Origin: Candidatus Eremiobacteria bacterium
GTDB taxonomy: Bacteria > Vulcanimicrobiota > Vulcanimicrobiia > Vulcanimicrobiales > Vulcanimicrobiaceae
Assembly (NCBI GenBank): GCA_963737065.1
Contig: CAVTRC010000001.1
Coordinates: 1,984,001-2,048,000 of the forward strand
DNA: 64,000 nt
Direction: 5' to 3'
Part shown: piece by piece, positions 1 to 9,719 of the stretch
Position numbering within the stretch: position 1 is the first letter of the stretch
Layout: each line of letters opens with the position of its first letter
Translations under genes and position numbers: made by a program
The notes under the pieces: model-generated
Databases searched by the model: none
What the model was told of the DNA's origin: nothing
Seen by the model: the letters and a program-made list of their open reading frames with translations, nothing else

Positions 1-254
1 GATGTCGGCATCGATGATGACGACGCCTTGCGGAACGACGCGTCCGCTGCCGAGATTCATGTGGCCGACTTCGCTGTTGCCCATGATGCCTTTCGGCAAG
101 CCCACCGCTTCTCCCGACGCATCGAGCATGGTCCATGGGTACGTTTCGAAAAACGCGTGCCAATGCGGCATCGTCGCCGCGGCAATCGCATTGCCGTACT
201 CGGAATCGCTGCAACCCCATCCGTCGAGAACCGCAAGAACACCGGTTTAATCAT
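1..254 (-). CDS. gpmI: 2,3-bisphosphoglycerate-independent phosphoglycerate mutase, N-terminal part (runs off window; frameshift a few codons after ATG)
   Basis: ATG at 254 (MIKPV), then in a shifted frame VLAVLDGWG...[31 protein letters not shown], the iPGM signature; follows gap-pgk-tpiA. Confidence 0.9.
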
Positions 255-1024
255 CTACGCGTGTCATCCTCAGCCGAATTGCCTGCGTTCACGATCAGTC
301 TCGCGAAGCCGTCGGGATCGAGCGATGCTCCGCCGACAAGGCCGCCGTTGATGTTCGGTTGCGCCATATAGGCCGCAACGTTCTCGGCCTTCATGCTGCC
401 GCCGTAGAGAATCGGCACGTCGGCCAGCGCCGGTACGCTGTTGCGAATCACGCCCATCACGCGATTGGCTTCGTCGGGATCGCAGTTTTGTCCGGTGCCG
501 ATAGCCCAGATCGGTTCGTACGCAACGACGACGCGCGCGATCTCTTCGTCGGTCAATCCGTCAAGTGCCGTCACGCGTTTGCGCAACGACGCGCGTGTCG
601 GTCGTCGCCGCTTGACGTTCACCGTGCGTTTCGCCGACCGCCAGGATCGGTGTGACGCCATGTTCGAGCAGCGTCTTCACTTTGAGATTGACCGTACGGT
701 CGAGCTCGTTGAAGAACGCACGGCGCTCGGAATGTCCGACGATAACGTACGTTACGCCGTGCTCGAGCAGCATCGGAACGCTGATCTCACCGGTGAAGGC
801 ACCACTGAGTTCCCAATGCACGTTCTGTGCGCCGAGCGCAACGTCCGAACGCGGTGCGCAGCATCTCATGTGCCGCGGCGAGCGCCGTAAACGGCGGCGC
901 AACGACGACGTCGATTGTCTTCGGAAAACTCGACGTTTGCGGCAAGGAATGCGTCGAGATACGCTCGCGTCTCCGCGGCCGTCTTATTCATTTTCCAATT
1001 GCCCGCAACGATCGTGCGCGGCAC
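251..1024 (-). CDS. tpiA: triosephosphate isomerase (split by about 3 frameshifts)
   Basis: GTG at 1024 gives [14 protein letters not shown]; later segments [53 protein letters not shown] lie in different frames. Confidence 0.93.
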
Positions 1025-1037
1025 TTCTTCGAGTCTC

Positions 1038-2232
1038 CTAAGATTCCAGCGCCGCGATGCCGGGCAGCGTTCGTCCTTCCAAGAATTCGAGCGTCGCGCC
1101 GCCGCCGGTCGAAACGTGCGTCATTGCATCCGCAAAGCCGAGCATGTGCGCCGCCGCGGCAGCGTCGCCGCCGCCGACGACGCTCGTTGCGCCGTTGCGT
1201 GTCGCCGTCGCGATTGCGTCGCCGACGACGCGCGTGCCGCCTTGATACGCCGCCTTTTCGTAGACGCCCATCGGGCCGTTGAAGACGATGGTCTTCGCCG
1301 CGCGAATGACATGGGCATACGCTTGCGCCGTGTTGGGCCCGATGTCGAGAATCATCGTGTCGCCGACGTTTTCGATATCAACGACATGCGCGTCCGCGTC
1401 GCGCTCGAATGCACTCGATACGACGGCGTCGACCGGCAGATGGAGCGTCACGTCCGCTGAATCGGCGAGTTCGAAAATCTCGCGCGCAGGGCCGAGATCG
1501 TCGTCACGCAGCGAACGGCCGACGTTCGTTCCGCGCGCCGCGAGAAACGTATTGGCCATGCCTCCGCCGATGCAGAACTGGTCGACGCGTTTTCATCAAG
1601 AATTTGAATACGCCGACTTTGTCTTTGACTTTCGCGCCGCCGATGACGCAGACGTACGGTTGCTCCGGGTTTGACGTCGAGGCGTGCGAGCGCGGCGAGT
1701 TCCGCTTGCATCAAGAGGCCGGCTGCGTTCGGAAGAAGATGCGCGATGCCTTCGGTCGATGCGTGCGCGCGGTGCGCCGTTCCGAACGCGTCGTTCACGT
1801 AGATGTCGCCGAGCGACGCGAGTTCTTTCGCGAACTGCGGATCGTTCTGTTCCTCTTCCTTGTGAAAGCGCACGTTTTCGAGCAACGACGATTGACCCGT
1901 CCGTGAGCGCATCGCACCGCCTGCTGTGCCGCCGGACCGATGCAATCGTCGGCAAACGCCACGTCCGTGTGCAGCCGTTCGGAGAGCGCCGCCGCAACGG
2001 GGCGAAGCGAGTACTTTGGATCCGGCTTTTCCATCCGGACGGCCCAGATGCGAGAGCACAATGACGCGCGCCCCGCGATCGAGCAGCGCGCGAAGCGTCG
2101 GAATCGCCGCGTCGATGCGCGTGTAATCCGCGATACTCCTGTCGCCGTCTCATTCATAGGGACGTTCAGGTCTTCACGAACCAATACGCGCTTGCCGCGA
2201 ACGTCCAGGTCGTTCAGCGTTCGAAACTTCAC
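1038..2232 (-). CDS. pgk: phosphoglycerate kinase (split by several frameshifts)
   Basis: Motifs across frames: GKRVLVREDLNVPM, SHLGRP, LLENVRF, VNDAFGTAHRAHAS, GGGMANTF, FNGPMGVYE, HVSTGGGATLEFLEG. Confidence 0.93.
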
Positions 2233-2245
2233 GGAGTCTTTGGAA

Positions 2246-3259
2246 TTATGCGTTCGCCGGGATCTTCTCGAGCACCATCGCGGTCAGATCGGCGAGACGG
2301 CACGAGTAGCCCCACTCGTTATCGTACCAGGCGCAGATCTGCACGAGGTCGCCGTTTACTTGCGTCAGCTTCGAATCGATGATCGAGCTGTACTGCGAGC
2401 CCTTGAAGTCGCTCGAGACGAGCTCTTCATCGGTATACTGCACGTACTCTTTGAGCGGTCCTTCGGCCTCGTTTTTCAAGATCGTGTTGACTTCGTCGCG
2501 CGTCGTCTCTTTTTTCACTTGCGCTACGAGGTAACACATCGACACCGTCGGCGTCGGCACGCGAAGCGCGAAACCGTCGAACGAGCCCTTCACTTCGGGA
2601 ATCGTCAGATATAGCGCTTTCGCGGCGCCCGAGCTCGTTGGAACGATATTCGTCGCAGCGTTGCGCGCGCGGCGGATATCTTTGTGCGGCGCGTCCAGAA
2701 TGTTTTGATCGTTCGTGTACGAGTGAATCGTCGTCATGAAGCCTTTGACCCAGCCGAGATGATCGACGAGCGGCTTCACCGCGGTCGCAAGACAGTTCGT
2801 CGTGCACGACGCGTTCGAGATGATGTTGTGCTTCTCGGGATCGTAGACGTTTTCGTTCACGCCGAGCACGAGCGTCACGTCTTCGCCTTTAGCTGGCGCC
2901 GAGATGATGACTTTCTTCGCGCCGCCGCCGGTAATGTGCGCGCGCGCCTTGTCCGCGTCGGTGAAGAGACCGGTCGATTCGATGACGACGTCGACGCCGA
3001 GATCTCTCCACGGCAGTTTGCCGGGGTCGCGCTCGGCGAGCACTTTGATGCGACGGTCGTCGATCACGATCGTGTCGCCTTCGGCGCGAACGTCGCCCTC
3101 ATACGTTCCATAGTTGCTGTCGTATTTGAAGAGGTGTGCGCATTCGGCGGCGCTCGTCAAATCGTTGACGGCGACGATCTCGACCTCGGGATGGCGTTCG
3201 ATCAGCGCTTTGGCGAAGTTGCGGCCGATGCGGCCGAAGCCGTTGATTCCGATGCGCAT
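2246..3259 (-). CDS. gap: type I glyceraldehyde-3-phosphate dehydrogenase
   Basis: [13 protein letters not shown], catalytic [19 protein letters not shown]. Confidence 0.97.
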   Translation of the reverse strand: MRIGINGFGRIGRNFAKALIERHPEVEIVAVNDLTSAAECAHLFKYDSNYGTYEGDVRAEGDTIVIDDRRIKVLAERDPGKLPWRDLGVDVVIESTGLFTDADKARAHITGGGAKKVIISAPAKGEDVTLVLGVNENVYDPEKHNIISNASCTTNCLATAVKPLVDHLGWVKGFMTTIHSYTNDQNILDAPHKDIRRARNAATNIVPTSSGAAKALYLTIPEVKGSFDGFALRVPTPTVSMCYLVAQVKKETTRDEVNTILKNEAEGPLKEYVQYTDEELVSSDFKGSQYSSIIDSKLTQVNGDLVQICAWYDNEWGYSCRLADLTAMVLEKIPANA

Positions 3260-3288
3260 GCAAATCTCCATCGAGAGCAAGGTAAGGG

Positions 3289-4194
3289 TCAGGATTTACC
3301 GGGCTTGCTCGGTGCAGCCCTGCCCGCGCGTACGCTTGCAGCTAAGCGGACGAGGGCATTCAGACGGCTGCTCACCGTAGGTTTTGCAATCGGCGGATTG
3401 CAGCGTGCGCCGAGCTCCGCAAGGGACTCGCCGGGATGATTCAGGCGGAGGTTCGCGATTTCGCGCAGCGGCGGCGACAGCTGCGAGAGCCCATAGGCGC
3501 TTGCCAAGTACTCGATGGTCCGGCGCTGTGCCGCGGCGGCGGAGGCGGCGCGTTCGAGATTCGCCGCCTCGGTGTTGACGAGCCGATGAATACGGTTTTT
3601 CGTCTCGCGCAGCGCGCGCACGTCTTCCAAATGCAAGACTGCGCCGAACGCTCCGATCATCGTGAGCACGTCGACGATCGCTTCGAAGTCTTTGTAGTAG
3701 ACGACATGACGCCGTTTGCGCACCGTGCGTTTCGGCGCGCGGCCGGTGCTGCGCAGCATCCACACGAGGCGCTCCGCGAACTCATCGCCGGCGATGACGA
3801 ATTCCAAATGATAGCCGTGCGCTCCGGCGGCGAGCGATCCGCACGCGAGAAACGCTGCGCGGATCTCCATCAAGCGATCGCACTTGTGCGACGGTTTTGG
3901 CTGAGACGCGCGCAGCGAGTCGGGCAGCGCGATCGCAAACGTGGGCAGGCGCGCGAGACGCGTGGCACCGCGTTGCTCGATCGGATACGCTTTGCGATCG
4001 TCGAGCAGCGACCAAAAGAGGCGCGCAATCGAATTGCGATGTGTCACGAAATGCGTGCGCGATGCATCGGCACCGTAGAGCGCGAGTCCCGCCGCTAACG
4101 CGCTGCGGCAGTGCGTCGCGCCCGGCGTGTCCCGTGCGAGCGCATCTTTCGTGTCGCCCGAGACCGGTGCGGCGTTTGCCGCCATCAGCCCCAC
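3289..4194 (-). CDS. whiA: DNA-binding protein WhiA
   Basis: [53 protein letters not shown]; classic position upstream of gap. Confidence 0.9.
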   Translation of the reverse strand: MGLMAANAAPVSGDTKDALARDTPGATHCRSALAAGLALYGADASRTHFVTHRNSIARLFWSLLDDRKAYPIEQRGATRLARLPTFAIALPDSLRASQPKPSHKCDRLMEIRAAFLACGSLAAGAHGYHLEFVIAGDEFAERLVWMLRSTGRAPKRTVRKRRHVVYYKDFEAIVDVLTMIGAFGAVLHLEDVRALRETKNRIHRLVNTEAANLERAASAAAAQRRTIEYLASAYGLSQLSPPLREIANLRLNHPGESLAELGARCNPPIAKPTVSSRLNALVRLAASVRAGRAAPSKPGKS

Positions 4195-4460
4195 TCCGAT
4201 GGGTCGTCGTGGCGTGTGTCGAGCACTTCGTATAGGTCGGCCGGTTTCACGCCCGGTGTAACGCGCAACGGCACTTCACGAATGCGCACGGAAACGATTC
4301 GTGTCGCATAATGTATGACCAGGATGTCGCCCGGCCTTACCTGATAGGCCGGCTTCAGCGCTTTTCCGTCTTTCGTGATGCGGCCGTGCTCGAGCGCTTC
4401 ATGCGCTTCGGAACGGCGTTTCGAAAGACGAGAAACCTTCATGAACTTATCGAGGCGCAT
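4185..4460 (-). CDS. S4-domain RNA-binding protein (YabO/Hsp15-like)
   Basis: MRLDKFMKVSRLSKRRSEAHEALEHGRI...KPAYQVRPGD; ATG at 4460. Confidence 0.88.
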   Translation of the reverse strand: MRLDKFMKVSRLSKRRSEAHEALEHGRITKDGKALKPAYQVRPGDILVIHYATRIVSVRIREVPLRVTPGVKPADLYEVLDTRHDDPSEWG

Positions 4461-4493
4461 GAAGTCTGCGCCGTCGCACAGAAAGGAGCGCCG

Positions 4494-5888
4494 ATGGCCG
4501 CTGAACAGCGTGCGCCGCGTCGACCCGGCGTCAACGTATTCGACCAATCGAGGCCGATGTGGCAGACCATGCTGGTCTTCTTGATTCCGCTCATGATCAG
4601 CAACGTCTTACAATCGACGTCGCAGACGTTCTCCTACGTGTATCTCGGCCGCATGCTTGGCGTGAACGCCCTCGCCGCCGTATCGGCCGTCTTTCCGGTC
4701 GTATTTTTGCTGTTTTCGTTTCTTATCGGCATCGGTAGCGGAGCCACGGTGCTCATCGGTCAGGCGTATGGAGCCGGCGATGCGCATCGCGTGAAGAAGG
4801 TCGCAGGAACGGTCCTCGGCGCGACCGTGGTTTTCTCGATCATTACGATGATCCTCGGCGTCGTGTTCTCCCCGCTGATGCTCAAAGCGCTCGGCACGCC
4901 GGCGAGCATCCTCCAGACATCCGACTTCTACACGCGCGTCGTTTTCCTGACGTTCCCGCTCTATTTCCCGTACATCATGTATACGGTGTTTTTGCGCGGA
5001 ACCGGCGACACCAAGACGCCGCTGTGGTTCTTGGTGCTCGGAACGGCCCTTTCGATGCTCTTCACGCCGATGCTGATTCGCGGATGGCTCGGCTTGCCGA
5101 CGCTCGGCGTTGCAAGCGTTGCGATTTCCGGATTGCTCTCGACGCTCGTCGCTTTCCCGGCGCTGTTGTGGCATTTGCGCCGCTCGAAGAATCCGCTCGC
5201 GTTCGATAGCGAGATGGCGCGCGACATGGTGTTCGACACGCGAATCCTCTTGCTCGTCTTGCGCATCGGCATTCCGACCGGCCTTCAGACGATCATGGTG
5301 TCGCTCGCGGAGATCGCCGTCATCAGTTTTGTCAACCGCTACGGAGCGAGCGCAACCGCCGCGTACGGCGCCGTGAACCAGGTGGTCGGGTACGTGCAGT
5401 TCCCCGCGATCTCGATGAGCATAACGGCATCGATCTTCGGCGCGCAATGTATCGGTGCGCGCCGCGAGGATCTGCTCGGTTCGGTCGTCCGGTCCGCTGT
5501 CGCATTGAACTATGTGATCGGCGGCATCCTGATCGGCCTCTGCTATATTTTTGCCTACGTGATTCTCGGCTGGTTCATCACCGATAAGGGAACGCTCGAC
5601 ATCGCGCACAGCTTGTTGATGATCACGCTGTGGTCGTACCTCATCTTCGGCAACAGCGCGGTGCTGAGCGGCGTCGTTCGTAGCAGCGGCGATGTGATTT
5701 GGCCGACGATCAACGGCATTTTCTCCATCTGGGGTATCGAAGTTCCCGCGGCATTCATCTTGATGCACTCCTTCGGGCTGCGCGGTGTCTGGATGGGCTA
5801 TCCTATCTCCTATGGGTTCGTGCTGTGCGCGCAATTCGTGTATTATGAATTCTTTTGGAAGAAAAAAACGCACGAACGTCTCGCGTAG
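4494..5888 (+). CDS. MATE family efflux transporter
   Basis: AAAGGAG RBS before ATG 4494; about 12 hydrophobic segments; GVNALAAVS, IGQAYGA, LRGTGDTKTPL, GIPTGLQ. Confidence 0.9.
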   Translation: MAAEQRAPRRPGVNVFDQSRPMWQTMLVFLIPLMISNVLQSTSQTFSYVYLGRMLGVNALAAVSAVFPVVFLLFSFLIGIGSGATVLIGQAYGAGDAHRVKKVAGTVLGATVVFSIITMILGVVFSPLMLKALGTPASILQTSDFYTRVVFLTFPLYFPYIMYTVFLRGTGDTKTPLWFLVLGTALSMLFTPMLIRGWLGLPTLGVASVAISGLLSTLVAFPALLWHLRRSKNPLAFDSEMARDMVFDTRILLLVLRIGIPTGLQTIMVSLAEIAVISFVNRYGASATAAYGAVNQVVGYVQFPAISMSITASIFGAQCIGARREDLLGSVVRSAVALNYVIGGILIGLCYIFAYVILGWFITDKGTLDIAHSLLMITLWSYLIFGNSAVLSGVVRSSGDVIWPTINGIFSIWGIEVPAAFILMHSFGLRGVWMGYPISYGFVLCAQFVYYEFFWKKKTHERLA

Positions 5889-6010
5889 CGGGCGCCGGGC
5901 GCGCACGGTTCGCGTTTCTCGAGCTCATGATGGGTACGAGCTGCAGGTGATCGTCATCGCGTTCATCGAGCGTCACGGGCATGGTCGGGGAGACTCCTAG
6001 CACGCAACCG

Positions 6011-6910
6011 ATGCAGCGACTTCATGCTCTGCGGCTTCTGGGCGGCGCGCTCACGCTTACGGCCTCAGGGTGCTTTCGCAACGATGCAGCGCCGGTGCCG
6101 AAGTTTTGCGGCGCGCCGTCGACATCGACGCGTTTTGGCGCGGTCATCTATGGCGCCGACGACGCGGATCGGGCGTTGCAATCGATTGCAGCCTGCGGCG
6201 GTGAACTAGTGCGCATCGGCGTCGATACCGATTCGCTTCAGCGGGCCGATCTCGTGCTATCCAAAGCAGCGACGCGCGGGATGCGCGTTGTATTGATCTC
6301 GCCCTACCGTGCGCAGCCGGTTGACGTAGCGTCGTATGCCGGCGCGTGCAGTGAAATTCATCGGCGGTACGCTTCGTACGATCCTATTTGGGAGATCTGG
6401 AACGAGCCGAACCTCGCGAACTACTGGGGAGCGACGCCGGATGTGAACCACTACGCGAAGCTCGCGATTGCAGCCGGCAGAGCATTGCGGGAGAACGGTG
6501 CAAGCGAGGTGTGGAGCGGCGGAACGAGCGGGATCGACGTTCGCTGGAGTCATGCGCTCGTGCAGCAAGGCGTGTACGAGGTGTTGAACGGGTGCGCGGT
6601 TCACAGCTACAAAGAACCGGGTGCGGCATTGGCCGACTATGTCGCGCTGCAGAAGTTGTTGCCGCGCGACTTGGCGATCCACACCACGGAAACGTGCGTG
6701 CCCTCGACACAAGATCAATCGGCGTTCCTCGAAGGCATGTGGTACATTCACCGAGAGCTCCTTCTGCCGACGCTCATCTGGTGCGAACTCCGAGACTTTA
6801 CCGCAGGCGATCGTTATCCGTACAACTTACCCTACGGCCTCTTGTGGTCGACGTATCGCCCGAAGGAAGCATATTACACGGCGAAATCCCTCATATCGAC
6901 GTGTAACTAG
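6011..6910 (+). CDS. putative clan GH-A glycoside hydrolase lipoprotein (GH5/GH39-like)
   Basis: Lipobox-like TASGC; acid/base motif [13 protein letters not shown]; putative nucleophile in HTTET. Confidence 0.7.
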   Translation: MQRLHALRLLGGALTLTASGCFRNDAAPVPKFCGAPSTSTRFGAVIYGADDADRALQSIAACGGELVRIGVDTDSLQRADLVLSKAATRGMRVVLISPYRAQPVDVASYAGACSEIHRRYASYDPIWEIWNEPNLANYWGATPDVNHYAKLAIAAGRALRENGASEVWSGGTSGIDVRWSHALVQQGVYEVLNGCAVHSYKEPGAALADYVALQKLLPRDLAIHTTETCVPSTQDQSAFLEGMWYIHRELLLPTLIWCELRDFTAGDRYPYNLPYGLLWSTYRPKEAYYTAKSLISTCN

Positions 6911-7314
6911 CGGCGTTTCTTACCCTTCGGCGTAACGCACGTTCCGCTTGCGCGGCAGACGACGACCGGTTCTCCAAGGAAATCCGCAGCGCTTTCGTTG
7001 ACGTCGCTTCGGACCGCAATGACTTTACGTGCTTCGAATGTCATCGCGCGCGACGTGTTGCCGATCCGTGTAATCCGTCCTTCGGCTTCGATGTAGTCAC
7101 CCGCGTACACGGGCGCGATGAATTCAACCGTCTCATAGGCGACGAACAGTCCTTCATCGCCGTCGAGACGGATCAGCAGTTCGGTTGCGACATCGCCGAA
7201 AAGCGCAAGCATGCGCGCGCCGTCGACGAGGTTACCGCCGTAATGCGCATCGTGCGCGCTCATGCGCAGGCGAATGAGGCTCGTTATGCTGCTTGGGTCT
7301 TCGCTAGTTGCCAC
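6907..7314 (-). CDS. kal: 3-aminobutyryl-CoA ammonia-lyase (hot-dog fold)
   Basis: [44 protein letters not shown]...[11 protein letters not shown]...GNTSR matches the Kal family as I know it. Confidence 0.88.
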   Translation of the reverse strand: MATSEDPSSITSLIRLRMSAHDAHYGGNLVDGARMLALFGDVATELLIRLDGDEGLFVAYETVEFIAPVYAGDYIEAEGRITRIGNTSRAMTFEARKVIAVRSDVNESAADFLGEPVVVCRASGTCVTPKGKKRR

Positions 7315-8477
7315 AGTTCCTCGAGCTCGTCGAGCGAGAGGTCGGAGAGCGCTTTACCTGCCGCGCCGGCGCGTTCTTCCATGAAGCTGAAGCGTCGGTA
7401 AAATTTCTCGTTCGCTTCGCGCATCGCCATCTCGGCATCGATGCCGAGCGCGCGCGAGAGGTTCACGATCGTGAAAAGAACATCGCCCAACTCTTCGCGC
7501 ACGTGCGGATCGTCGTGTTTGTCGCGGCGCGCTTCCGCGAGTTCGGTCAGTTCTTCATGCAATTTGTCGAGGACGCCGTCGACGCCGGGCCAATCGAAAC
7601 CGACGCGTGACGCTTTTTCTTGCATGCGCTGACCGCGCTGCAGCGCGCCGAGCTGCTTCGGGATACCTTCCAGGCGGCTCTTGCGCTTCAGTCCGGTCTT
7701 CTCTTTGGCTTTGAGCGCCTCCCAACTCTGCCATTGCGATTCGACGTCTTCGATCACCGCATCTCCGAAGACGTGCGGGTGGCGGCGTACCATTTTATTC
7801 GAAAGCGCGTCGATCACGTCGGCAATCGTGAACTTTCCCACTTCCGATCCGAGCTGCGAATGGAACACGATCTGCAGGAGAAGGTCGCCGAGTTCTTCGC
7901 AGAGCGCATCCATGTCGCCGGCTTCGATCGCCTCCACCACTTCGTAGGTTTCTTCGATCAAATACGGCACGAGCGTCCGGTGCGTTTGCTCTCTATCCCA
8001 CGGGCAGCCGTCGCGCAAGCGCGCCATAATTTCGATCAGATCGTCGAACGAGTGATGTTGCGACTGAGGAGGTAACGGAACGAGCGGCATCGGCATCGAT
8101 GCCGAGAGCGTCGCGCGCGGCATGCCGGGCGTGATATCCGTACGCAGGCCATGTGTTTCCAACGCGCGCAGCAGCGGCGGAAGCCCCGGAACGTCGGAGA
8201 GCGGATTGCCGAGCACGCCGATCGCGAGGATATCGTCGCCGAGCGTTTTTGTGCGCGCCACGAAATGGTCGATCGTGTCCGTGCTGCCGCGTACGAGCGG
8301 AGCTGCGTCGGGGACGAAATTGCGAAGAAGCTCGACGCCCGCGTCGGTGAGTGCTTTTTGCAGATCGGGCGGCGCGAGCAGCGTCACCGCCCAGCGCGCG
8401 GAGCGCATGACTTCGATGCTGCCGACGGTGAGGTATCGGGGGTCGCCGGGGCCCAGCCCCACGATGCGCACCAGCAT
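7284..8477 (-). CDS. mazG: nucleoside triphosphate pyrophosphohydrolase MazG with N-terminal tetrapyrrole-methylase-like domain (YabN type)
   Basis: N-term [64 protein letters not shown]. Confidence 0.92.
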   Translation of the reverse strand: MLVRIVGLGPGDPRYLTVGSIEVMRSARWAVTLLAPPDLQKALTDAGVELLRNFVPDAAPLVRGSTDTIDHFVARTKTLGDDILAIGVLGNPLSDVPGLPPLLRALETHGLRTDITPGMPRATLSASMPMPLVPLPPQSQHHSFDDLIEIMARLRDGCPWDREQTHRTLVPYLIEETYEVVEAIEAGDMDALCEELGDLLLQIVFHSQLGSEVGKFTIADVIDALSNKMVRRHPHVFGDAVIEDVESQWQSWEALKAKEKTGLKRKSRLEGIPKQLGALQRGQRMQEKASRVGFDWPGVDGVLDKLHEELTELAEARRDKHDDPHVREELGDVLFTIVNLSRALGIDAEMAMREANEKFYRRFSFMEERAGAAGKALSDLSLDELEELWQLAKTQAA

Positions 8478-8518
8478 TATCCGCGCCAAGTTCGAGAGAT
8501 AGCGAGGGCGCCCATTTG

Positions 8519-8556
8519 ACTTTATGGCGCAAAGCCGAAGCTTTGCGCCATAAAGT
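8519..8556 (-). other. perfect 17-bp hairpin with C(UUCG)G tetraloop on the transcribed strand, between prsA and mazG
   Basis: actttatggcgcaaagc-cgaa-gctttgcgccataaagt. Confidence 0.8.
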
Positions 8557-8575
8557 GACGCCTATACGCGATTGC

Positions 8576-9544
8576 TTATTGCGGCGAGGCGGCCGGCGAA
8601 GCGGCGGTCGCCGCGGCCGTTGCTGCCGGTCCGGCGGACCCCTGCGCGGGTGGTGCCGACGGGAACGCTGCCGCGAAACGCGGGTCGTTTACTTTAATGT
8701 CTGCCTTCGATTGCAGGTCTTGGAGGAACGGCTGAATCAACGGCGCCTCTTGCTGCTGGCGCAACAATGCGGCGATGCGGTCCTTGGTGTTGTCAAGCGT
8801 CGCCTTTTGACCCGGATCGCGGCTTTCGACCTGGATGATGTGATACCCGAAGGGCGACTTCACGGGCTGGCTGACTTGACCCACCGGCAGCGAGAACGCC
8901 GCCTTGTCGAACGCGGGGACCATTTGGCCGCGCCGGAACTCGCCCAGATCGCCGCCTTTGTCCTTGCTGCCCGGATCCATCGAGTACTGCTTGGCTTCGG
9001 CCGCAAAGTCCTTACCGGACTTCAGATCGCCTTCGACCTTCTCCGCCGTTTTCAGGTCGGGCACGAGAATGTGGCGCGCCTTCACTTGCTCCGGCTTATC
9101 GAATGCCGCGTGATTTTTATCGAAATACTGCTTGATCTGCGCGTCCGTCACGTGAACGTCTTTGCCGACGGCCTTGTCGATGATGATCTGTTCGCGCAGC
9201 GCGTTGTGGACGTCGTCCTCGCTGAGACCGCGCGCTTTGAGCATCTCGTCCCACTGACCGGGCGGGAAATTCGCCTTGAGGTCGTCTTCGCGTTTGGCGA
9301 TCTCGTCGTTGCTCACGGTGATATTGTTTTTCTTCGCGTACTGATCGATCAGTTGATCGCGAACCATCTGTTGCAGCGTTCCGAGCGCGGCCGGGCTCGA
9401 CTCGAGTTTATTGTCGAAGTCCGCTTTGCTGATCGGCGTGCCGTTCACAGTTGCGATGGCACCAGCCCCGCCGCTGCACGCCGCGAGCGACGCGGCGAGG
9501 AACGCGGTGGCAAGGCCCGCAAGGATGCGGTCGGCTTTCGGCAT
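8576..9544 (-). CDS. prsA: parvulin-type peptidyl-prolyl isomerase, PrsA/SurA-like foldase lipoprotein
   Basis: Lipobox LAAC; IATVNG; VKARHILV, FAAEAKQYSMD, GGDLG, MVPAFDKAAFSL, PVKSPFGYHII; downstream of mfd. Confidence 0.88.
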   Translation of the reverse strand: MPKADRILAGLATAFLAASLAACSGGAGAIATVNGTPISKADFDNKLESSPAALGTLQQMVRDQLIDQYAKKNNITVSNDEIAKREDDLKANFPPGQWDEMLKARGLSEDDVHNALREQIIIDKAVGKDVHVTDAQIKQYFDKNHAAFDKPEQVKARHILVPDLKTAEKVEGDLKSGKDFAAEAKQYSMDPGSKDKGGDLGEFRRGQMVPAFDKAAFSLPVGQVSQPVKSPFGYHIIQVESRDPGQKATLDNTKDRIAALLRQQQEAPLIQPFLQDLQSKADIKVNDPRFAAAFPSAPPAQGSAGPAATAAATAASPAASPQ

Positions 9545-9574
9545 GATCTCTCCAGGTGACAAGAGCGTAGTAAA

Positions 9575-9594
9575 GCGGAGCCGAGTGGCTCCGC
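9575..9594 (-). promoter_or_regulatory. 8-bp GC hairpin in the prsA leader followed by a short U-run (weak terminator or leader structure)
   Basis: gcggagcc-gagt-ggctccgc; minus strand continues TTTA. Confidence 0.45.
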
Positions 9595-9719
9595 GCCGTC
9601 GCCCCAGGTTCGTCCGTACCTACGGCCACCCCTACAGCAGCGTTCGAAAAAGCTGACGACCTCCGCTTCGGGAAAACCATCGTCCGCGGCTCGGCGCCGC
9701 GAGCTTTTTCCGGAGCGAG

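Noticed and set aside
5803..6003. Small minus-strand ORF (MPVTLDERDDDHLQLVP...) with AGGAG upstream
   Set aside because: No recognisable motif and overlaps the MATE 3' end; cannot be supported without homologs
7284..7314. Possible ATA start for kal overlapping the mazG TAA
   Set aside because: An in-frame GTG at 7314 with GAGG just upstream explains initiation without a non-canonical codon
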